Below are positions 50,487-62,423 of a stretch of 64,000 nt of DNA, in pieces. Position numbers and translations under genes: made by a program. The notes below the pieces were generated by a model. The model had not been told where the DNA came from, made no database searches, and was given only the letters and a program-made list of their open reading frames with translations. Each line of letters starts with the position of its first letter. Position 1 is the first letter of the stretch. Source of the DNA: an uncultured Actinomycetota bacterium (GTDB lineage: Bacteria > Actinomycetota > Actinomycetes > CAVWCF01); contig CAVWCF010000001.1 of NCBI GenBank assembly GCA_963753435.1, positions 352,001 to 416,000 of the forward strand, in the 5' to 3' direction.

Positions 50487-50617
50487 TACCTCCTATGGCT
50501 GCGGCGGCCGCGAGCCTACCCAAGTCAACCGGACGGGCCCCAAAGCCCGGATCGGTCGCCACCTACACTGTGGCGCCGATCACAAATCAGGACTGAACCA
50601 GCATCAGAGGGGGCCTG

Positions 50618-51496
50618 GTGACCAGCAGTAAGCGGGAGCGAGAACTCGCCCGTCAGCGGTACGAGCGCAAGCAGGAGCGGCTGCAGGCGGAAGCGCAGCA
50701 GAAGAAGCAGCGTCAACTCGTCGTTGCGATAGTGCTCGCCGTGTTGGCGTTGATCGCCGCGGTCTGGCTCATCGTCAGCCTCGTTTCCGACGACTCAGCC
50801 GACCCGGTGGCACAACCGACCCCCACCCCGACCGCGACCGAGCCGACCCCGACCGCGTCGGCCAACCCGGCGAACTTGCAGTGTGACCCGGCGCCTCCGG
50901 CGCGGGCCGCGGAACCGCAATTCCCTGATGGTCCGGTGGACGTAGCTGTTGACCCTGCTCGCGGCACCTGGGGCTGGTACCTCGACATGACCTGCGGCCT
51001 ACCCGGCGAGGATGGCACCGTCAACAAGCGGGTCACCCTGGAGTTCCTGCCCGAGCAGGCACCCGAGACCGTGAACTCGATGCTGTTCCTGTCCGACCGC
51101 AACCAGTGGTACGACAACTCTGCCTGCCACCGCCTGACCACCGAGGGCATCTTCGTGCTGCAGTGCGGGGACCCGACGCTGACCGGCACCGGCGGTCCCG
51201 GCTACTCCGTGCCTGACGAGAATCTGCCCGGCTCCGACGGTGTCAACTACCCCGCAGGCACTGTGGCGATGGCCAACTCCGGGCCCAACACGAATGGCAG
51301 CCAGTTCTTCCTGGTCTACGAGGACACCACCTTGCCGCCGAACTACACGATCTTCGGGACCATCGTCGAGGGCCTGGACATAATCCAGGCCATCGCGGCC
51401 GCAGGTGTCGAAGGCGGTGGCGTCGACGGCACTCCGGCGCAGCCGGTCGGGTTCACCAAGGTCGTCGGCTACATCACTCAGGAGGTAGCCCAGTGA
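50618..51496 (+). CDS. Membrane-anchored cyclophilin-type peptidyl-prolyl isomerase
   Basis: TM, CHRL, LQCGDP..TG.GGPGY, GTVAMANSGPNTNGSQFF. Confidence 0.93.
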   Translation: MTSSKRERELARQRYERKQERLQAEAQQKKQRQLVVAIVLAVLALIAAVWLIVSLVSDDSADPVAQPTPTPTATEPTPTASANPANLQCDPAPPARAAEPQFPDGPVDVAVDPARGTWGWYLDMTCGLPGEDGTVNKRVTLEFLPEQAPETVNSMLFLSDRNQWYDNSACHRLTTEGIFVLQCGDPTLTGTGGPGYSVPDENLPGSDGVNYPAGTVAMANSGPNTNGSQFFLVYEDTTLPPNYTIFGTIVEGLDIIQAIAAAGVEGGGVDGTPAQPVGFTKVVGYITQEVAQ

Positions 51497-52713
51497 CGAA
51501 CGCTTTCGGACGCGTCGATACCGACGGCAACGTCTGGCTCACAACTGACGCAGGCGAGGTTCAGATCGGTTCGTTCCAGGCCGGCGATGCCGACGCGGCG
51601 ATGGCGTTCTTCACCACGCGGTACGACGGCCTGGCCGCAGACGTCGACCTGCTGGCCAAGCGCGTGCAGACCAAGAAGGTCAGCCCATCGGATGCGCGCA
51701 AGGCTCTTGCCGGGCTGCGCGAATCGGTGAGCAGTCCCAACGGAATCGGCGACTACGCGGCACTGACGGCGAAGCTGACCGGCATCGAGGCGGACATCGA
51801 GAAGCTGGCCGCCCACGCTGCCGCCCAGAAAGCCGAAAAGCGTGCGGCCGCGCAGGCCCAGCGCGAAGCGATCGTCACCGAGGCCGAAGGCCTGGCCGAC
51901 AGCGGCCAGTTCCGCGACGGCGCGAACACCTTCCAAGAGTTGCTGGAGCGCTGGAAGTCGGCCCCGCACGCCGACCGCAGCGCCGAGCAGGACCTCTGGA
52001 AGCGCTTCAGCAAGGCACGCAATCGGTTCGAGCGGCGACGTCGGGCCCACGCCGCGGAGATGGCTGAACAGCGCGAGGCGGCTCAGCAGAAGAAGGAAGC
52101 CCTGGTCAAGGAGGCCGAGTCATTGGCGGACTCGACCGAGTGGCGGGAAACGGCCACCCGGTTCCGGGATCTGATGACTGAGTGGAAGGCGGCCGGCCGC
52201 GCCAAGCGCAACATCGACGACAAGCTCTGGGAGCGTTTCCGCGCTGCGCAGGACCAGTTCTTCACTGCCCGCAAGGCCGATCTGGACAAGCGCGACACCG
52301 CATTCAGCGGAAATCTCGAGAAGAAGGAGGCCTTGCTCGTCGAGGCCGAGGCGATCCTTCCTGTTACCGATCCGGACCAGGCCCGTGAAGCCCTGCGCCG
52401 AGTTCAGGAGCGATGGGAAACCATCGGGCACGTTCCGCGCGACGCGAAGTCCCGGGTGGAGGGGCGACTGAAAGCAGTCGAGCAGGCTGTGCGCAAGGCC
52501 GAGGACGACCGGTGGCGCGCCACCAACCCCGAAGCGCGCGCTCGCGCGCAGAGCACGGTGGACCAGATCACCTCATCGATCGCTTCCCTGCAGCAGGATC
52601 TGCAGGCAGCTCCGGCCGAGTCCAAACGGGCGCAGGAACTGCGAGACGCACTGACACAACGTGAGGCCTGGCTGATTGAGGCGCAGAAGGCGCTTACCGA
52701 GTTCGGCGGCTGA
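51493..52713 (+). CDS. DUF349 domain protein
   Basis: FGRVD.DG.V, repeated W...G.......D.LW.RF..A...FF units; usual neighbour of rel in actinobacteria. Confidence 0.88.
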   Translation: MTNAFGRVDTDGNVWLTTDAGEVQIGSFQAGDADAAMAFFTTRYDGLAADVDLLAKRVQTKKVSPSDARKALAGLRESVSSPNGIGDYAALTAKLTGIEADIEKLAAHAAAQKAEKRAAAQAQREAIVTEAEGLADSGQFRDGANTFQELLERWKSAPHADRSAEQDLWKRFSKARNRFERRRRAHAAEMAEQREAAQQKKEALVKEAESLADSTEWRETATRFRDLMTEWKAAGRAKRNIDDKLWERFRAAQDQFFTARKADLDKRDTAFSGNLEKKEALLVEAEAILPVTDPDQAREALRRVQERWETIGHVPRDAKSRVEGRLKAVEQAVRKAEDDRWRATNPEARARAQSTVDQITSSIASLQQDLQAAPAESKRAQELRDALTQREAWLIEAQKALTEFGG

Positions 52714-52722
52714 TCCAGCGGA

Positions 52723-55038
52723 TCAGTCGGGGCGGGCGCTGGTCATTCGATACGCGTCGAACACACCGTCCACCTGCCGTACTTGCCCCAGTAGGTGATC
52801 CAGATATCCCGGGTCGCCCATCTCAAACGAGAACCTGCTGATGGCCATGCGGTCACGGTCCGTCCGCACTGATGCGCTCAAGATGTTCACATGCCCCTCG
52901 GAGAGGACCCGGGTGACGTCGGACAGCAACCGCGGCCGGTCCAGCGCCTCCACCTGGATGTTCACTAGGTACACCGACTCCGACGTCGGCGCCCATTCCA
53001 CATCCACGATGCGATCGGGCTCCTGCTGCAGCGACGTCACATTGATGCAATCAGATCGGTGCACGGAGACGCCGGCGCCACGGGTTACGAAGCCGATGAT
53101 CGGGTCTGGCGGGACGGGCGTGCAGCAGCGGGCCAGCTTGACCCAGACGTCCGGATCACCGGCCACGACGACACCTGGGTCGGTGCTGGGCCGACCCCGG
53201 CGGGCGGTAACCCGGCTTGGCAGCGCAGCCTCGGCCAGATCCTCCACGGCACCGTCGGCGCCGCCGTGGGCACCCATGAGGCGCTTCACCACATCCGCGG
53301 ACTGCACCTGACCATCGCCGACAGCGCGGTACAGCGCGTTCACATCGGTCAGGTGCAAGTCCTTCAGGACCGCCTGCAGTGCCTGCCCGGAAAGGATCCG
53401 ATGCAGGGGCAGGCCCTGCTTGCGAATGGCCCGAGCCAGCAGGTCCTTGCCCTGATCGACGGCCTCCTCGCGTGCCTCCTTTGTGAACCAGGACTTGATC
53501 TTGCTGCGGGCCCGACCACTGGCGACGAAATTCAGCCAGTCCCGGCTGGGCCCGGCGCCTTCGGCCTTGGACGTGAAGACCTCGACGGTGTCGCCACTGC
53601 TCAGCTTGCGCTCAAGCGGCACCAGTCGGCCGTTGATGCGGGCGCCGATGCATCGATGCCCAACCTCGGTGTGTACCGAGTAGGCGAAGTCGACGGGCGT
53701 GGAGCCGGTAGGCAAGGCGACAACGTCGCCTTTAGGAGTGAACACGAAGATCTCGCCGGAACCGATGTCGAACCGCAGCGACTCCAGGAATTCGCTGGGG
53801 TCGGCCGTCTCCTTCTGCCAGTCGACGATCTGCCGCAGCCACTGCATCTCCGAATCCGCGTTGCCCCCCTTTGCCTCCTCCTTGTATTTCCAGTGCGCCG
53901 CGACGCCGTACTCGGCTCGGCGGTGCATGTCGTGGGAGCGGATCTGCACCTCGACGGCGCGCCCCTCCGGCCCGATGACAGTGGTGTGCAGGGATTGGTA
54001 GAGATTGAACTTGGGCATCGCGATGAAGTCCTTGAAGCGCCCCGGTATCGGCTTCCAGCGCGCGTGCACTGTTCCGACGGCCGCGTAGCAGTCGCGTTCG
54101 GACTCGACCAGCACGCGGAGCGCGACTAGGTCATAGATGTCGTTGAAGTCGCGGCCGCGCACGATCATCTTCTGGTAGATGGAGTAGTAATGCTTAGGCC
54201 TGCCAGTGACCGTTGCCTTGATCTTGTTGGCCTTGAGGTCCTCCTCCACCGTGCGGATGACCGAAGCCAGGTACTCGTTGCGACTTGGCGCCTGATCGGC
54301 GACCAGGCGAACGATCTCCTCGTAGACCTTTGGATACAGCGCCGCGAAGGACAGGTCCTCCAACTCCCACTTGATCGCGTTCATCCCAAGGCGATGCGCC
54401 AGTGGCGCGTAGATCTCCAGGGTCTCGCGGGCCTTCTTCTGCTGCTTTTCCGCCGGGAGGAACTGCAGTGTGCGCATGTTGTGCAGCCGGTCGGCCAACT
54501 TCACCAGCAGGACCCGGATGTCGCGCGCCATCGCCAGCACCATCTTGCGCACGGTCTCGGCCTGCGACGATTCGCCGTAGGTGACTCGGTCAAGCTTGGT
54601 CACACCGTCGACCAGCAATGCGACCTCGTCGCCGAACTCCGCACGAACGTCATCGAGTCCGTAGTCGGTGTCCTCCACGGTGTCGTGCAGCAGGGCCGCT
54701 ACCAGCGTGGGTACGCCCATCCCGAGGTCGGCGAGGATGTGTGCGACCTCGACCGGGTGCGTTATGTAGGGCTCTCCCGATTTGCGCGCCTGACCGGCGT
54801 GCAGGCGGTCCGCGGTCTCGAAGGCGCGAACCAAAGGGGCTATGTCGGTCTTGGGATGGTGCTGCCGAAGCGCGGGCACCACCTCGACAAGGGGCTCCGG
54901 GATCGCCGAGCGCTCCCCCCGAAGTCGGCGCAGGCGCGACCGACGCACCTCCGGTGCGGGCCCGCCGGATCCTGGGACCTTGGCCGCGCGAGCACTGCTC
55001 GACGGCACGTCGACCGGGGGAACATCCCTGCCGCTCAC
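52723..55038 (-). CDS. relA: Bifunctional (p)ppGpp synthetase/hydrolase Rel
   Basis: [42 protein letters not shown] (FTPKG) and ACT domains. Confidence 0.97.
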   Translation of the reverse strand: MSGRDVPPVDVPSSSARAAKVPGSGGPAPEVRRSRLRRLRGERSAIPEPLVEVVPALRQHHPKTDIAPLVRAFETADRLHAGQARKSGEPYITHPVEVAHILADLGMGVPTLVAALLHDTVEDTDYGLDDVRAEFGDEVALLVDGVTKLDRVTYGESSQAETVRKMVLAMARDIRVLLVKLADRLHNMRTLQFLPAEKQQKKARETLEIYAPLAHRLGMNAIKWELEDLSFAALYPKVYEEIVRLVADQAPSRNEYLASVIRTVEEDLKANKIKATVTGRPKHYYSIYQKMIVRGRDFNDIYDLVALRVLVESERDCYAAVGTVHARWKPIPGRFKDFIAMPKFNLYQSLHTTVIGPEGRAVEVQIRSHDMHRRAEYGVAAHWKYKEEAKGGNADSEMQWLRQIVDWQKETADPSEFLESLRFDIGSGEIFVFTPKGDVVALPTGSTPVDFAYSVHTEVGHRCIGARINGRLVPLERKLSSGDTVEVFTSKAEGAGPSRDWLNFVASGRARSKIKSWFTKEAREEAVDQGKDLLARAIRKQGLPLHRILSGQALQAVLKDLHLTDVNALYRAVGDGQVQSADVVKRLMGAHGGADGAVEDLAEAALPSRVTARRGRPSTDPGVVVAGDPDVWVKLARCCTPVPPDPIIGFVTRGAGVSVHRSDCINVTSLQQEPDRIVDVEWAPTSESVYLVNIQVEALDRPRLLSDVTRVLSEGHVNILSASVRTDRDRMAISRFSFEMGDPGYLDHLLGQVRQVDGVFDAYRMTSARPD

Positions 55039-55144
55039 GTGCGCCCTATCGCCTGCTCGTCGCGCTCGCCATTCCCCGAGTCTAGAAGCACTCCGGGTTG
55101 GCCGAATCCGCCCGGATCTCCAGCGAGGGGTGGCCTTGGGCTGT

Positions 55145-55681
55145 TCAGTAGCGCAGCAGCGACTGGATCGGCACTCCGGGCAGCCGGTCCCGGCCGTTTA
55201 GGAACTCCAACTCGATCAGAACGCTCAGTCCGGTGACGTCCGCCCCCGACGCACGCACTAACTCAACCGTGGCCGCCGCGGTACCGCCTGTAGCCAAGAC
55301 GTCGTCGACGATGAGCACGCGCTCACCAGGCTGGAACGCATCGGTGTGCACCTCGATCGTGGCCGATCCGTACTCCAAGGTGTACTCACGCGCATTGGTG
55401 TCACGCGGCAGCTTGCCGGCCTTGCGAACGGGCACGAATCCAGCCGCCGCGTGATAGGCCACGGCCGCCCCCAGGATGAAGCCGCGTGCCTCGATCCCCA
55501 CAACCGTGTCGATGACACCTCGGCCATAGTGGTTGACCATCTTGTCCACCACGGCGCTGAAGGCCACCCGGTCCGACAACAGCGGTGAGATGTCCTTGAA
55601 CACCACCCCGGGCTCGGGGAAGTCGGCTACGTCGTGGACTCGCTCCCGCAGGAACGCATCCAGATCCGCTGGGCTGGTCAT
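55145..55681 (-). CDS. apt: Adenine phosphoribosyltransferase
   Basis: [38 protein letters not shown]; start ATG 55681. Confidence 0.96.
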   Translation of the reverse strand: MTSPADLDAFLRERVHDVADFPEPGVVFKDISPLLSDRVAFSAVVDKMVNHYGRGVIDTVVGIEARGFILGAAVAYHAAAGFVPVRKAGKLPRDTNAREYTLEYGSATIEVHTDAFQPGERVLIVDDVLATGGTAAATVELVRASGADVTGLSVLIELEFLNGRDRLPGVPIQSLLRY

Positions 55682-56799
55682 GGCCGCTTGCTGCGCGGCT
55701 GGCGGCGTGGCTGCGCGCGATCCGCGGAGCCGCTGGACACCGTTGTCGAAGCCTTGCCAGTCCGGTTCACCGCAGTGACCCGAGGCAGGGCCGGTCCGAC
55801 CGAACTGGTGATGTACTCGCCACCGCGGGCTTCCACTCGCTTGGCAAGAGCGCGCATCTCCGGCTCGCGCTCCTTTATCTGCGCCAGAACCGGGGTCGCG
55901 ATGCAGATGGAGGAGTAAGTGCCGACAGCGATACCGACGAAGAGCGCCAGCGCCAGGTCCTTGAGCGTGCCGGCTCCGAGCAGGAACGCACCGCCGAACA
56001 GGATGGCGACGATCGGCAGCAGCGCGATCACCGAGGTGTTCAGCGAGCGCACGAGCGTCTGGTTGACCGCCAGGTTCGCCGCCTGGGAGTAGGTCCGTCG
56101 ACTGCCCGACGTGATGCCCCGGGTGTTCTCCTTGACCTTGTCGAAGACGACAACGGTGTCGTACAGCGAATACCCAAGGATTGTCAGGAAGCCGATGACC
56201 GTGGCCGGCGTCACCTCGAATCCGGTCAGCGCGTACACACCCACGGTCAGGACGACGTCGTGCAGCAGGGCAACCAGCGCTGCCACAGCCATCTTCCATT
56301 CGAAGAAGATGGCCAAATAGATGACGATCAGCGTCAGGAAAACCGCCAAGCCGGTGAGGGCCTTGCGCGTGATCTCCGAACCCCAGGACGGGCCGACGAT
56401 CTGCGACGAGATGGTGTCCAGATCGGTGTCGAGAGCCTCGGCCAACTCAATGGACACCTGCTCGGTTTCCTGCGGGGACAGCGAGACGGTCTGCACGCGA
56501 ATGGACCGCCCGGCCGAACCGCCATCCGCTTCGGTGACGATCGGTGCCTCGGCGACACCGGCGGCGGCCACCGCATCCCGGGCCTCTTCGACGGTCCCGG
56601 AAACCGTGGGAACCGTGAAGACCGCACCCCCGGTGAACTCCACCCCCAGGTTGAGGCCGCCGCGGAAGATGATCGCGGCCAGGCTCAGCGCGATCAGGAG
56701 CACGGACAGCAGGTACCACCGCTTGCGCTGGCCGACGAAGTCGTAGGCCTTCTCGCCGCGGTAGAGGCGTCCGCCCCAGCTGCCGGTCTTGGACATCAT
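55678..56799 (-). CDS. secF: Protein translocase subunit SecF
   Basis: LGVEFTGG, VGPSWG, LLHD, ILGYSLYDTVVVFDK..EN, RSLNTS. Confidence 0.96.
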   Translation of the reverse strand: MMSKTGSWGGRLYRGEKAYDFVGQRKRWYLLSVLLIALSLAAIIFRGGLNLGVEFTGGAVFTVPTVSGTVEEARDAVAAAGVAEAPIVTEADGGSAGRSIRVQTVSLSPQETEQVSIELAEALDTDLDTISSQIVGPSWGSEITRKALTGLAVFLTLIVIYLAIFFEWKMAVAALVALLHDVVLTVGVYALTGFEVTPATVIGFLTILGYSLYDTVVVFDKVKENTRGITSGSRRTYSQAANLAVNQTLVRSLNTSVIALLPIVAILFGGAFLLGAGTLKDLALALFVGIAVGTYSSICIATPVLAQIKEREPEMRALAKRVEARGGEYITSSVGPALPRVTAVNRTGKASTTVSSGSADRAQPRRQPRSKRP

Positions 56800-58361
56800 G
56801 CCTCCTGGCCGACTGTCACGGGGGTGGGCTCGTCTTCGGATGGGATGCCGAGGCTGCGGTCACTCATGCCGGAGAGCGGTCGACCTTCCCCGAAGAACTT
56901 GGTGCGCGCCAACAAAGTGAGCACCGGCTTGGTGAAGAGGAACACCACCACCAGGTCCACCAGCGTGGTCAGCCCCAGGGTGAACGCGAAACCACGCACG
57001 TTCCCGACGGCCAGTACGTAGAGGATGGTCGCGGCCATCAACGACACGATGTCGGCCAGCACGATCGTCCGGCGTGCCCGCGCCCATCCCGTTTCGGTCG
57101 CGACCCGCAGCGACTGCCCCTCACGCACCTGGTCTCGGATGCGTTCGAAGAGGACCACGAACGAGTCGGCCGTGATGCCGATGGCCACGATCACACCGGC
57201 GATGCCGGCCAGGGTCAGGGTGTAGCCGATCCCCTCGCCGAGGAAGACCAGTAGCCCGTATGTCATGGCGGCGGCCACCGCCAGGCTCAGGATGACGACC
57301 ACGCCGAGGCCGCGGTAGTAGAGCAGGCTGTACAGGGCCACGAGCAGCAACCCAATGGCACCGGCGATGAGGCCCGCCTGCAGCTGGTCGTCGCCCAACG
57401 TCGGGGACACGGTCTGCACGTCGGCGGTTTCAAATGCCAGTGGCAAGGCGCCGTAGCGCAGAATCTGGGACAGGTTCTGCGCCGTCTCCTGGGTGAACTG
57501 ACCCGTGATCTGCGGCCGGCCGTCGGTGATTGGGGAGATGACCCGCGGTGCGGATTGCACGACCCCGTCCAGGACGATCGCAAACTGGTTCGTCGGCTCC
57601 GGATTGTCGACCAAGTCGGTCGTGGCTTCGGCGAACGATGCAGTCCCGGCGGAGTCGAATTGGATCAGGACAACCCACTCCGACAGGCCGTCCTGAGTCA
57701 GGACGGCGTCAGCCTCGCGGATGTTCGTCCCCTCGACCACGGCCGGGGACAACAAGTACTTGGCCGCACCGGAGGCGTCACAGGTGACCAAGGGCTTGTC
57801 GGCCTCATCCGGGGAACCGCCTTGACGGTTGGCGTCCTGGGTGCAGTCCAGCCCCGCGAACGCCTCTGTCAGTTCCGGCGTTACCTCGGTGCCTTCGGGC
57901 TGAATGGGCGGTGCCTGTTCGGTCGGCGCCGCCCCCTCGATCGGCGTCGCAGCAGCGATCTGCAGGACGGGACGGAAGTTGAGCAGGGCGGTCCGGCCGA
58001 CCAACTCCACGACGTCGGACTGGGTGGCGCCCGGAACGGACACGACGATGGTGGCGTTGGCACCGCTGCCCTGCTTTGCGACCTCGGCCTCGGATACGCC
58101 CAGACCGTTGACACGCTGTCGAATGATCTCGACGGCCTGGTCAATCTGGGCGTCGGTGACTTCGCCCTCAGCCCCCTCGATGACGCGGGGAACAAGCGTC
58201 ACCTGCGTGCCGCCACGCAGGTCCAGGCCCAGTTTGGGCGTCAGCACCCCCGATACACCCATCCAGATACCCAGGATGATCAGCAGAACTGTGACTATCG
58301 CCAGGGCGCGCCACGGTCGCGGCACCGTGGCACCGCCGGAACGACTTGTGGAGCTACTCAC
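56796..58361 (-). CDS. secD: Protein translocase subunit SecD
   Basis: LGLDLRGG, RVNGLGVSE, AIVLDG...SAP, GALP, GITADS.VV.FERI. Confidence 0.96.
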   Translation of the reverse strand: MSSSTSRSGGATVPRPWRALAIVTVLLIILGIWMGVSGVLTPKLGLDLRGGTQVTLVPRVIEGAEGEVTDAQIDQAVEIIRQRVNGLGVSEAEVAKQGSGANATIVVSVPGATQSDVVELVGRTALLNFRPVLQIAAATPIEGAAPTEQAPPIQPEGTEVTPELTEAFAGLDCTQDANRQGGSPDEADKPLVTCDASGAAKYLLSPAVVEGTNIREADAVLTQDGLSEWVVLIQFDSAGTASFAEATTDLVDNPEPTNQFAIVLDGVVQSAPRVISPITDGRPQITGQFTQETAQNLSQILRYGALPLAFETADVQTVSPTLGDDQLQAGLIAGAIGLLLVALYSLLYYRGLGVVVILSLAVAAAMTYGLLVFLGEGIGYTLTLAGIAGVIVAIGITADSFVVLFERIRDQVREGQSLRVATETGWARARRTIVLADIVSLMAATILYVLAVGNVRGFAFTLGLTTLVDLVVVFLFTKPVLTLLARTKFFGEGRPLSGMSDRSLGIPSEDEPTPVTVGQEA

Positions 58362-58444
58362 CTGTGGGCGTCCTCTCCCTCAGCCGGATCTGCGTCGGCC
58401 GGGGGACGCAGTATTCCCCACGCCCCGGCTGGGACCGGCGACCC

Positions 58445-58810
58445 CTAGCCGCGGCGGTCGTCATCGTCGCTTCCGCCGGCCGGAGACTCCGGCTCATTCG
58501 GGACGTCGCCGGAGGAGTCGAGCCCACTGTCGTTCAGATCCGACTCGGCCAACTCGGCCGGCTCCGGAACTAGGCCGCCGATCCCCCAACTCGCCCACTC
58601 GGTTATCACGCCCGGTGCCACTTCGACCCGAATCAGTTCACCTTCGACCGAGGTGACCGTGCCGATCAGCCCGCTGTGGGTCATCACCCGGTCCCCCGCC
58701 GACAGGGACTGCACCACCTGCTGCTGCTTTCGCCGACGAGTCTGGGTGGGCCGAATGATCAAGAAGTAGAACGCAGCCAGCGGCAGCGCGATAAGCAGCA
58801 GGGCGTCCAT
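58445..58810 (-). CDS. yajC: Preprotein translocase subunit YajC
   Basis: FYFLIIRP, L..GD.V.T..G..G.V. Confidence 0.9.
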   Translation of the reverse strand: MDALLLIALPLAAFYFLIIRPTQTRRRKQQQVVQSLSAGDRVMTHSGLIGTVTSVEGELIRVEVAPGVITEWASWGIGGLVPEPAELAESDLNDSGLDSSGDVPNEPESPAGGSDDDDRRG

Positions 58811-58854
58811 CGGGTCCTCTCAAAGACCCGCGGAGTGTACGCGCGCCTACAGCA

Positions 58855-59889
58855 TCAGTCTTCGAACGGCAGGCCCGGCGACTCCCCCGGCGCGGGTGCA
58901 GCCAGTCCGAGATGCGTCCAGGCAGCGCTGGTCGCCATCCGGCCGCGGGGGGTGCGCGCGAGGAGGCCCTGCCGCAGCAGGAACGGCTCGGACACCTCCT
59001 CGACCGTCTGCGGTTCCTCCCCTACCGAGAGCGCCAAGGTCGACAGCCCCACTGGTCCCCCGCTGAAGCGTTCGCAGAGGGCGCTGAGCACGGCTCGGTC
59101 GAGTCGGTCCAATCCCCGGTCGTCGACTTCGTACAACGACAGCGCGGCTTGGGTCGTGGGCAGGCCCACCGAATCCTCGCCCGCGACCTGCGCGTAGTCC
59201 CGGATGCGGCGCAGCAGCCGGTTGGCGATTCGCGGCGTGCCGCGGCTGCGTTGGGACAACTCCAACACCGAGTCGGCATCCACTTCGACGTCCAGCAAGT
59301 TCGCCGACCGCCGGATCACACTGGCCAAGTCGGCCGGGTCGTAGTAATCCAAGTGGGCGGTGAAGCCGAAACGGTCCCGAAGCGGGGCGGGCAACAAGCC
59401 AGACCTGGTCGTGGCGCCGACCACCGTGAAACGCGGCAACTCCAGCGGGATGGCGGTGGCCCCGGGGCCCTTACCCACGACGACGTCCACCCGGAAGTCC
59501 TCCATGGCCACGTACAGCAGTTCCTCAGCAGCCCGCGCCATGCGATGGATCTCGTCGAGGAAGAGGACCTCCCCCTCCTCCAGGGAACTGAGGATTGCCG
59601 CCAGGTCCCCGGCGTGCTGAATGGCCGGACCGCTCGTCAGCCGCAGCCCGGTACCCATCTCCGCGGCCACGATCATCGCCAGCGTCGTCTTGCCCAGGCC
59701 CGGTGGCCCGGACAACAGGACGTGGTCGGGGGCGGTGCCGCGCGCTGCGGCGGCCTGCAGCAGCAAGGCCAACTGCTCCTTGACCCGGTCCTGCCCGATG
59801 AACTCCTCCAGCCGGCGCGGCCTTAGGGCGCTTTCGGCGGCACTCTCGGCCCCGTGGGCTTGGCCCGAGAGGACCTCGGCGTCGTTCAT
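58855..59889 (-). CDS. ruvB: Holliday junction branch migration helicase RuvB
   Basis: [41 protein letters not shown]. Confidence 0.98.
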   Translation of the reverse strand: MNDAEVLSGQAHGAESAAESALRPRRLEEFIGQDRVKEQLALLLQAAAARGTAPDHVLLSGPPGLGKTTLAMIVAAEMGTGLRLTSGPAIQHAGDLAAILSSLEEGEVLFLDEIHRMARAAEELLYVAMEDFRVDVVVGKGPGATAIPLELPRFTVVGATTRSGLLPAPLRDRFGFTAHLDYYDPADLASVIRRSANLLDVEVDADSVLELSQRSRGTPRIANRLLRRIRDYAQVAGEDSVGLPTTQAALSLYEVDDRGLDRLDRAVLSALCERFSGGPVGLSTLALSVGEEPQTVEEVSEPFLLRQGLLARTPRGRMATSAAWTHLGLAAPAPGESPGLPFED

Positions 59890-60476
59890 GCGCGCTGCAT
59901 CCCGCGAAGCGCCGCACGCAGCAATTCCGCCAGAGGTTGCTCGGCGGGGGCGTCGCTCAGTGCCTCGTCGGCGGCCGCGGCGGCTTCCCGGGAGGACCAG
60001 CCCAAGGACTGCAGCGCCTGCAGCAGCGCCGCCCGCCGGGCGTCACCGACAAAGGCTGCGGGCAGGGAGCCGGCCGCCGGCCCCAGCCGGTCCTTGAGTT
60101 CGAGAACGATTTTGCGGGCGCCTTTCGGTCCGACACCGGGGATGCGACACAGCGCCTCCACGTCTTCCGTGGCCACGGCGGCACGGAGTTCGTCCGCGGA
60201 AAGGACCGCAAGCGCGGCCAAGGCCAGGCGCGGCCCGATTCCACTCGCAGTCTGGAGGAGTTCGAACACAGTTCGTTCGTCGTCGTCGGCGAAGCCGTAG
60301 ACAGTCAGGGAGTCCTCGCGCACGACCAGGGTCGTTGCCAGGGCCGCTCGGGCGCCGACGCGCAGGTCAGCCAATGTGCTCGGCGTGCACATCAACCTCA
60401 GCCCGATCCCGCCGACTTCGATTACGGCGGCGTCCGGGCCGAGCGCGGCAACCGTTCCGCTCACCGAGGCGATCAT
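59886..60476 (-). CDS. ruvA: Holliday junction branch migration protein RuvA
   Basis: MIASVSG, VREDS..YGF, GIGPR.A, PGVG.K.A..I.LEL; start ATG 60476. Confidence 0.96.
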   Translation of the reverse strand: MIASVSGTVAALGPDAAVIEVGGIGLRLMCTPSTLADLRVGARAALATTLVVREDSLTVYGFADDDERTVFELLQTASGIGPRLALAALAVLSADELRAAVATEDVEALCRIPGVGPKGARKIVLELKDRLGPAAGSLPAAFVGDARRAALLQALQSLGWSSREAAAAADEALSDAPAEQPLAELLRAALRGMQRA

Positions 60477-60979
60477 CGAGCCGCCGCCTCGGCCAGTCGC
60501 TGCAGCGAGGAACCACGCCACACGTGACACACGGCCAGCGCGAGGGCATCGGTGGCATCCGCGGGCCGGGGTGCGGCATCCAGGCGCAGCAACCGGGTCA
60601 CCATCGCGGCGACCTGCGCCTTGTCAGCCCGGCCACTACCGGTGACCGCCGCTTTGACTTCGCTGGGGGTGTGCATGCCGACGGGGAGACCGCGCTCGGC
60701 CGCGGCCAGGAGCACCACTGCTGAAGCCTGCGCGGTTCCGATGACCGTGCGCAGGTTGTGCTGGGCGAAAACGCGCTCGACAGCGACCGCGTCGGGCCGA
60801 AACTCATCGAGTACTGCGGATGCCTCGACCGCCAGATCGCGCAATCGCTGCGCCGTCTCCGCCGTAGCCGCCGTGCGCCAAACGCCACCGGCGACCAGGG
60901 TCGGGGGCCGGCCCACCGTTCCGTCGACCACGCCCCAACCGCAGCGGGTCAACCCCGGGTCCACGCCAAGCACCCGCAC
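60473..60979 (-). CDS. ruvC: Crossover junction endodeoxyribonuclease RuvC
   Basis: LGVDPG..RCG.G, AVE..F, K.AVTG.G.A.K.QV, DA.DALA.A.CH. Confidence 0.97.
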   Translation of the reverse strand: MRVLGVDPGLTRCGWGVVDGTVGRPPTLVAGGVWRTAATAETAQRLRDLAVEASAVLDEFRPDAVAVERVFAQHNLRTVIGTAQASAVVLLAAAERGLPVGMHTPSEVKAAVTGSGRADKAQVAAMVTRLLRLDAAPRPADATDALALAVCHVWRGSSLQRLAEAAAR

Positions 60980-60992
60980 CCGCGCACCTCCG

Positions 60993-61012
60993 ATCCGAAC
61001 AAGTGTTCGGAT
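60993..61012. promoter_or_regulatory. LexA (SOS) box upstream of ruvCAB
   Basis: ATCCGAAC-AAGT-GTTCGGAT (CGAAC-N4-GTTCG), abutting a minus-strand TAACAT -10. Confidence 0.85.
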
Positions 61013-61055
61013 GTTATGCGCCGGGTGGAGTCGATGGGCAGCGACGCGCCGGTGG

Positions 61056-61805
61056 TCAGCTCACCTCGGCGAGGACCTCGTCGGAAGCGTCGAAGTTGGA
61101 GAAGACGTTCTGCACGTCATCGCAGTCCTCCAGGGCCTCAATCAGCCGGAAGACGGCCCGGGCACCGTCAGCGTCGACCTCCACCGTGACGCTGGGCAGG
61201 AACTGCGCCTCCGCCGACTCGTAATCGAGTCCGGCCGCCTGCAACGCCGACCGCACGGGCACCAGGTCCGTTGCCTCGGAGACGACCTCTAGAGCGTCGC
61301 CCAGGTCGTTGACCTCTTCGGCGCCGGCATCCAAGACCGCGGCCAGGACGGCATCCTCGTCGGCGCCGGCCTTGTCGACCAGCACCACACCCTTGCGGGT
61401 GAACATGTAGGAAACCGAGCCCGCATCGGCCAACGACCCGCCGTTGCGGCTGAAAGCCGTGCGCACGTCCGACGCTGCGCGGTTGCGGTTGTCGGTCAGG
61501 CACTCGACCAGCAGGGCGACACCGTTGGGGCCGTAGCCCTCCAGCATCACCGTCTGGTACTCCGCGCCGCCAGCTTCCAGTCCGGCACCGCGCTTGACCG
61601 CGCGGTCGATGTTGTCGTTGGGGACGCTGCTCTTCTTTGCCTTCTGGATGGCGTCATAGAGGGTGGGGTTACCGGCCGGATCCGCGCCACCTAGCCGGGC
61701 GGCGACCTCCACGTTCTTGATGAGCTTGGCGAACAACTTGCCGCGCTTGGCGTCGATTGCGGCCTTCTTGTGCTTGGTCGTAGCCCACTTGGAATGGCCG
61801 GACAT
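61056..61805 (-). CDS. YebC/PmpR family protein
   Basis: [31 protein letters not shown]. Confidence 0.96.
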   Translation of the reverse strand: MSGHSKWATTKHKKAAIDAKRGKLFAKLIKNVEVAARLGGADPAGNPTLYDAIQKAKKSSVPNDNIDRAVKRGAGLEAGGAEYQTVMLEGYGPNGVALLVECLTDNRNRAASDVRTAFSRNGGSLADAGSVSYMFTRKGVVLVDKAGADEDAVLAAVLDAGAEEVNDLGDALEVVSEATDLVPVRSALQAAGLDYESAEAQFLPSVTVEVDADGARAVFRLIEALEDCDDVQNVFSNFDASDEVLAEVS

Positions 61806-61817
61806 CGCCTCTACTCC

Positions 61818-62423
61818 CTATCGCGTGCGAACCGAATCAACGAACAGCGCGTGAATCCGGTCGTCGGTACCCAGTTCGGGGTGGAATGCGGTCGCCATCA
61901 GACGCCCCTGCCGAACCGCAACGATCCTACCGGCGGCCGGTCCGGACTCGACCCGACCGAGAACGTCCACGGCAGGGCCGGCCGACTCGACCCACGGCGC
62001 GCGGATGAAGACCGCGTCCACTGGTTCGGGGCCAACAGCAGCGATCGGCACCGGCGCCTCGAACGAGTCAACCTGGCGACCGAACGCGTTGCGGCGCACA
62101 GTGATGTCGATGCCACCGATCTGCTGCTGGTCCTCCCGCCCGTCCAGCACCCGATCGGCAAGCAGGATCATCCCCGCACACGAGCCAAGCATCGGCAGGC
62201 CGGCGGCACGCGCCTCGCGGATGGGCCGCAGCAGATCGAAAACGCCCAGGAGCAGGGAGATGGTCGTCGACTCCCCGCCAGGTATGACCAGTCCGGCCAC
62301 CGACTCGAGGTCCGATTCGCGACGAACCGCTAGCGCATCAGCCCCGGCGCGGACCAGTGCCGCGACATGCTCGGCGACGTCTCCCTGTAGCGCTAGGACA
62401 CCGATGCGCGGGGCCGGACTCAC
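61818..62423 (-). CDS. pdxT: Pyridoxal 5'-phosphate synthase glutaminase subunit
   Basis: GVLALQG, IPGGEST, G.CAG.I, RNAFGRQ..SF, FIRAP, FHPE. Confidence 0.97.
   Translation of the reverse strand: MSPAPRIGVLALQGDVAEHVAALVRAGADALAVRRESDLESVAGLVIPGGESTTISLLLGVFDLLRPIREARAAGLPMLGSCAGMILLADRVLDGREDQQQIGGIDITVRRNAFGRQVDSFEAPVPIAAVGPEPVDAVFIRAPWVESAGPAVDVLGRVESGPAAGRIVAVRQGRLMATAFHPELGTDDRIHALFVDSVRTR

Noticed and set aside
55682-56299. Long N-terminal extensions on apt (also aroB, aspS, ruvA, roadblock, GNAT) in the ORF track
   Set aside because: They overlap upstream genes; downstream starts with stop/start coupling or an RBS fit the family lengths
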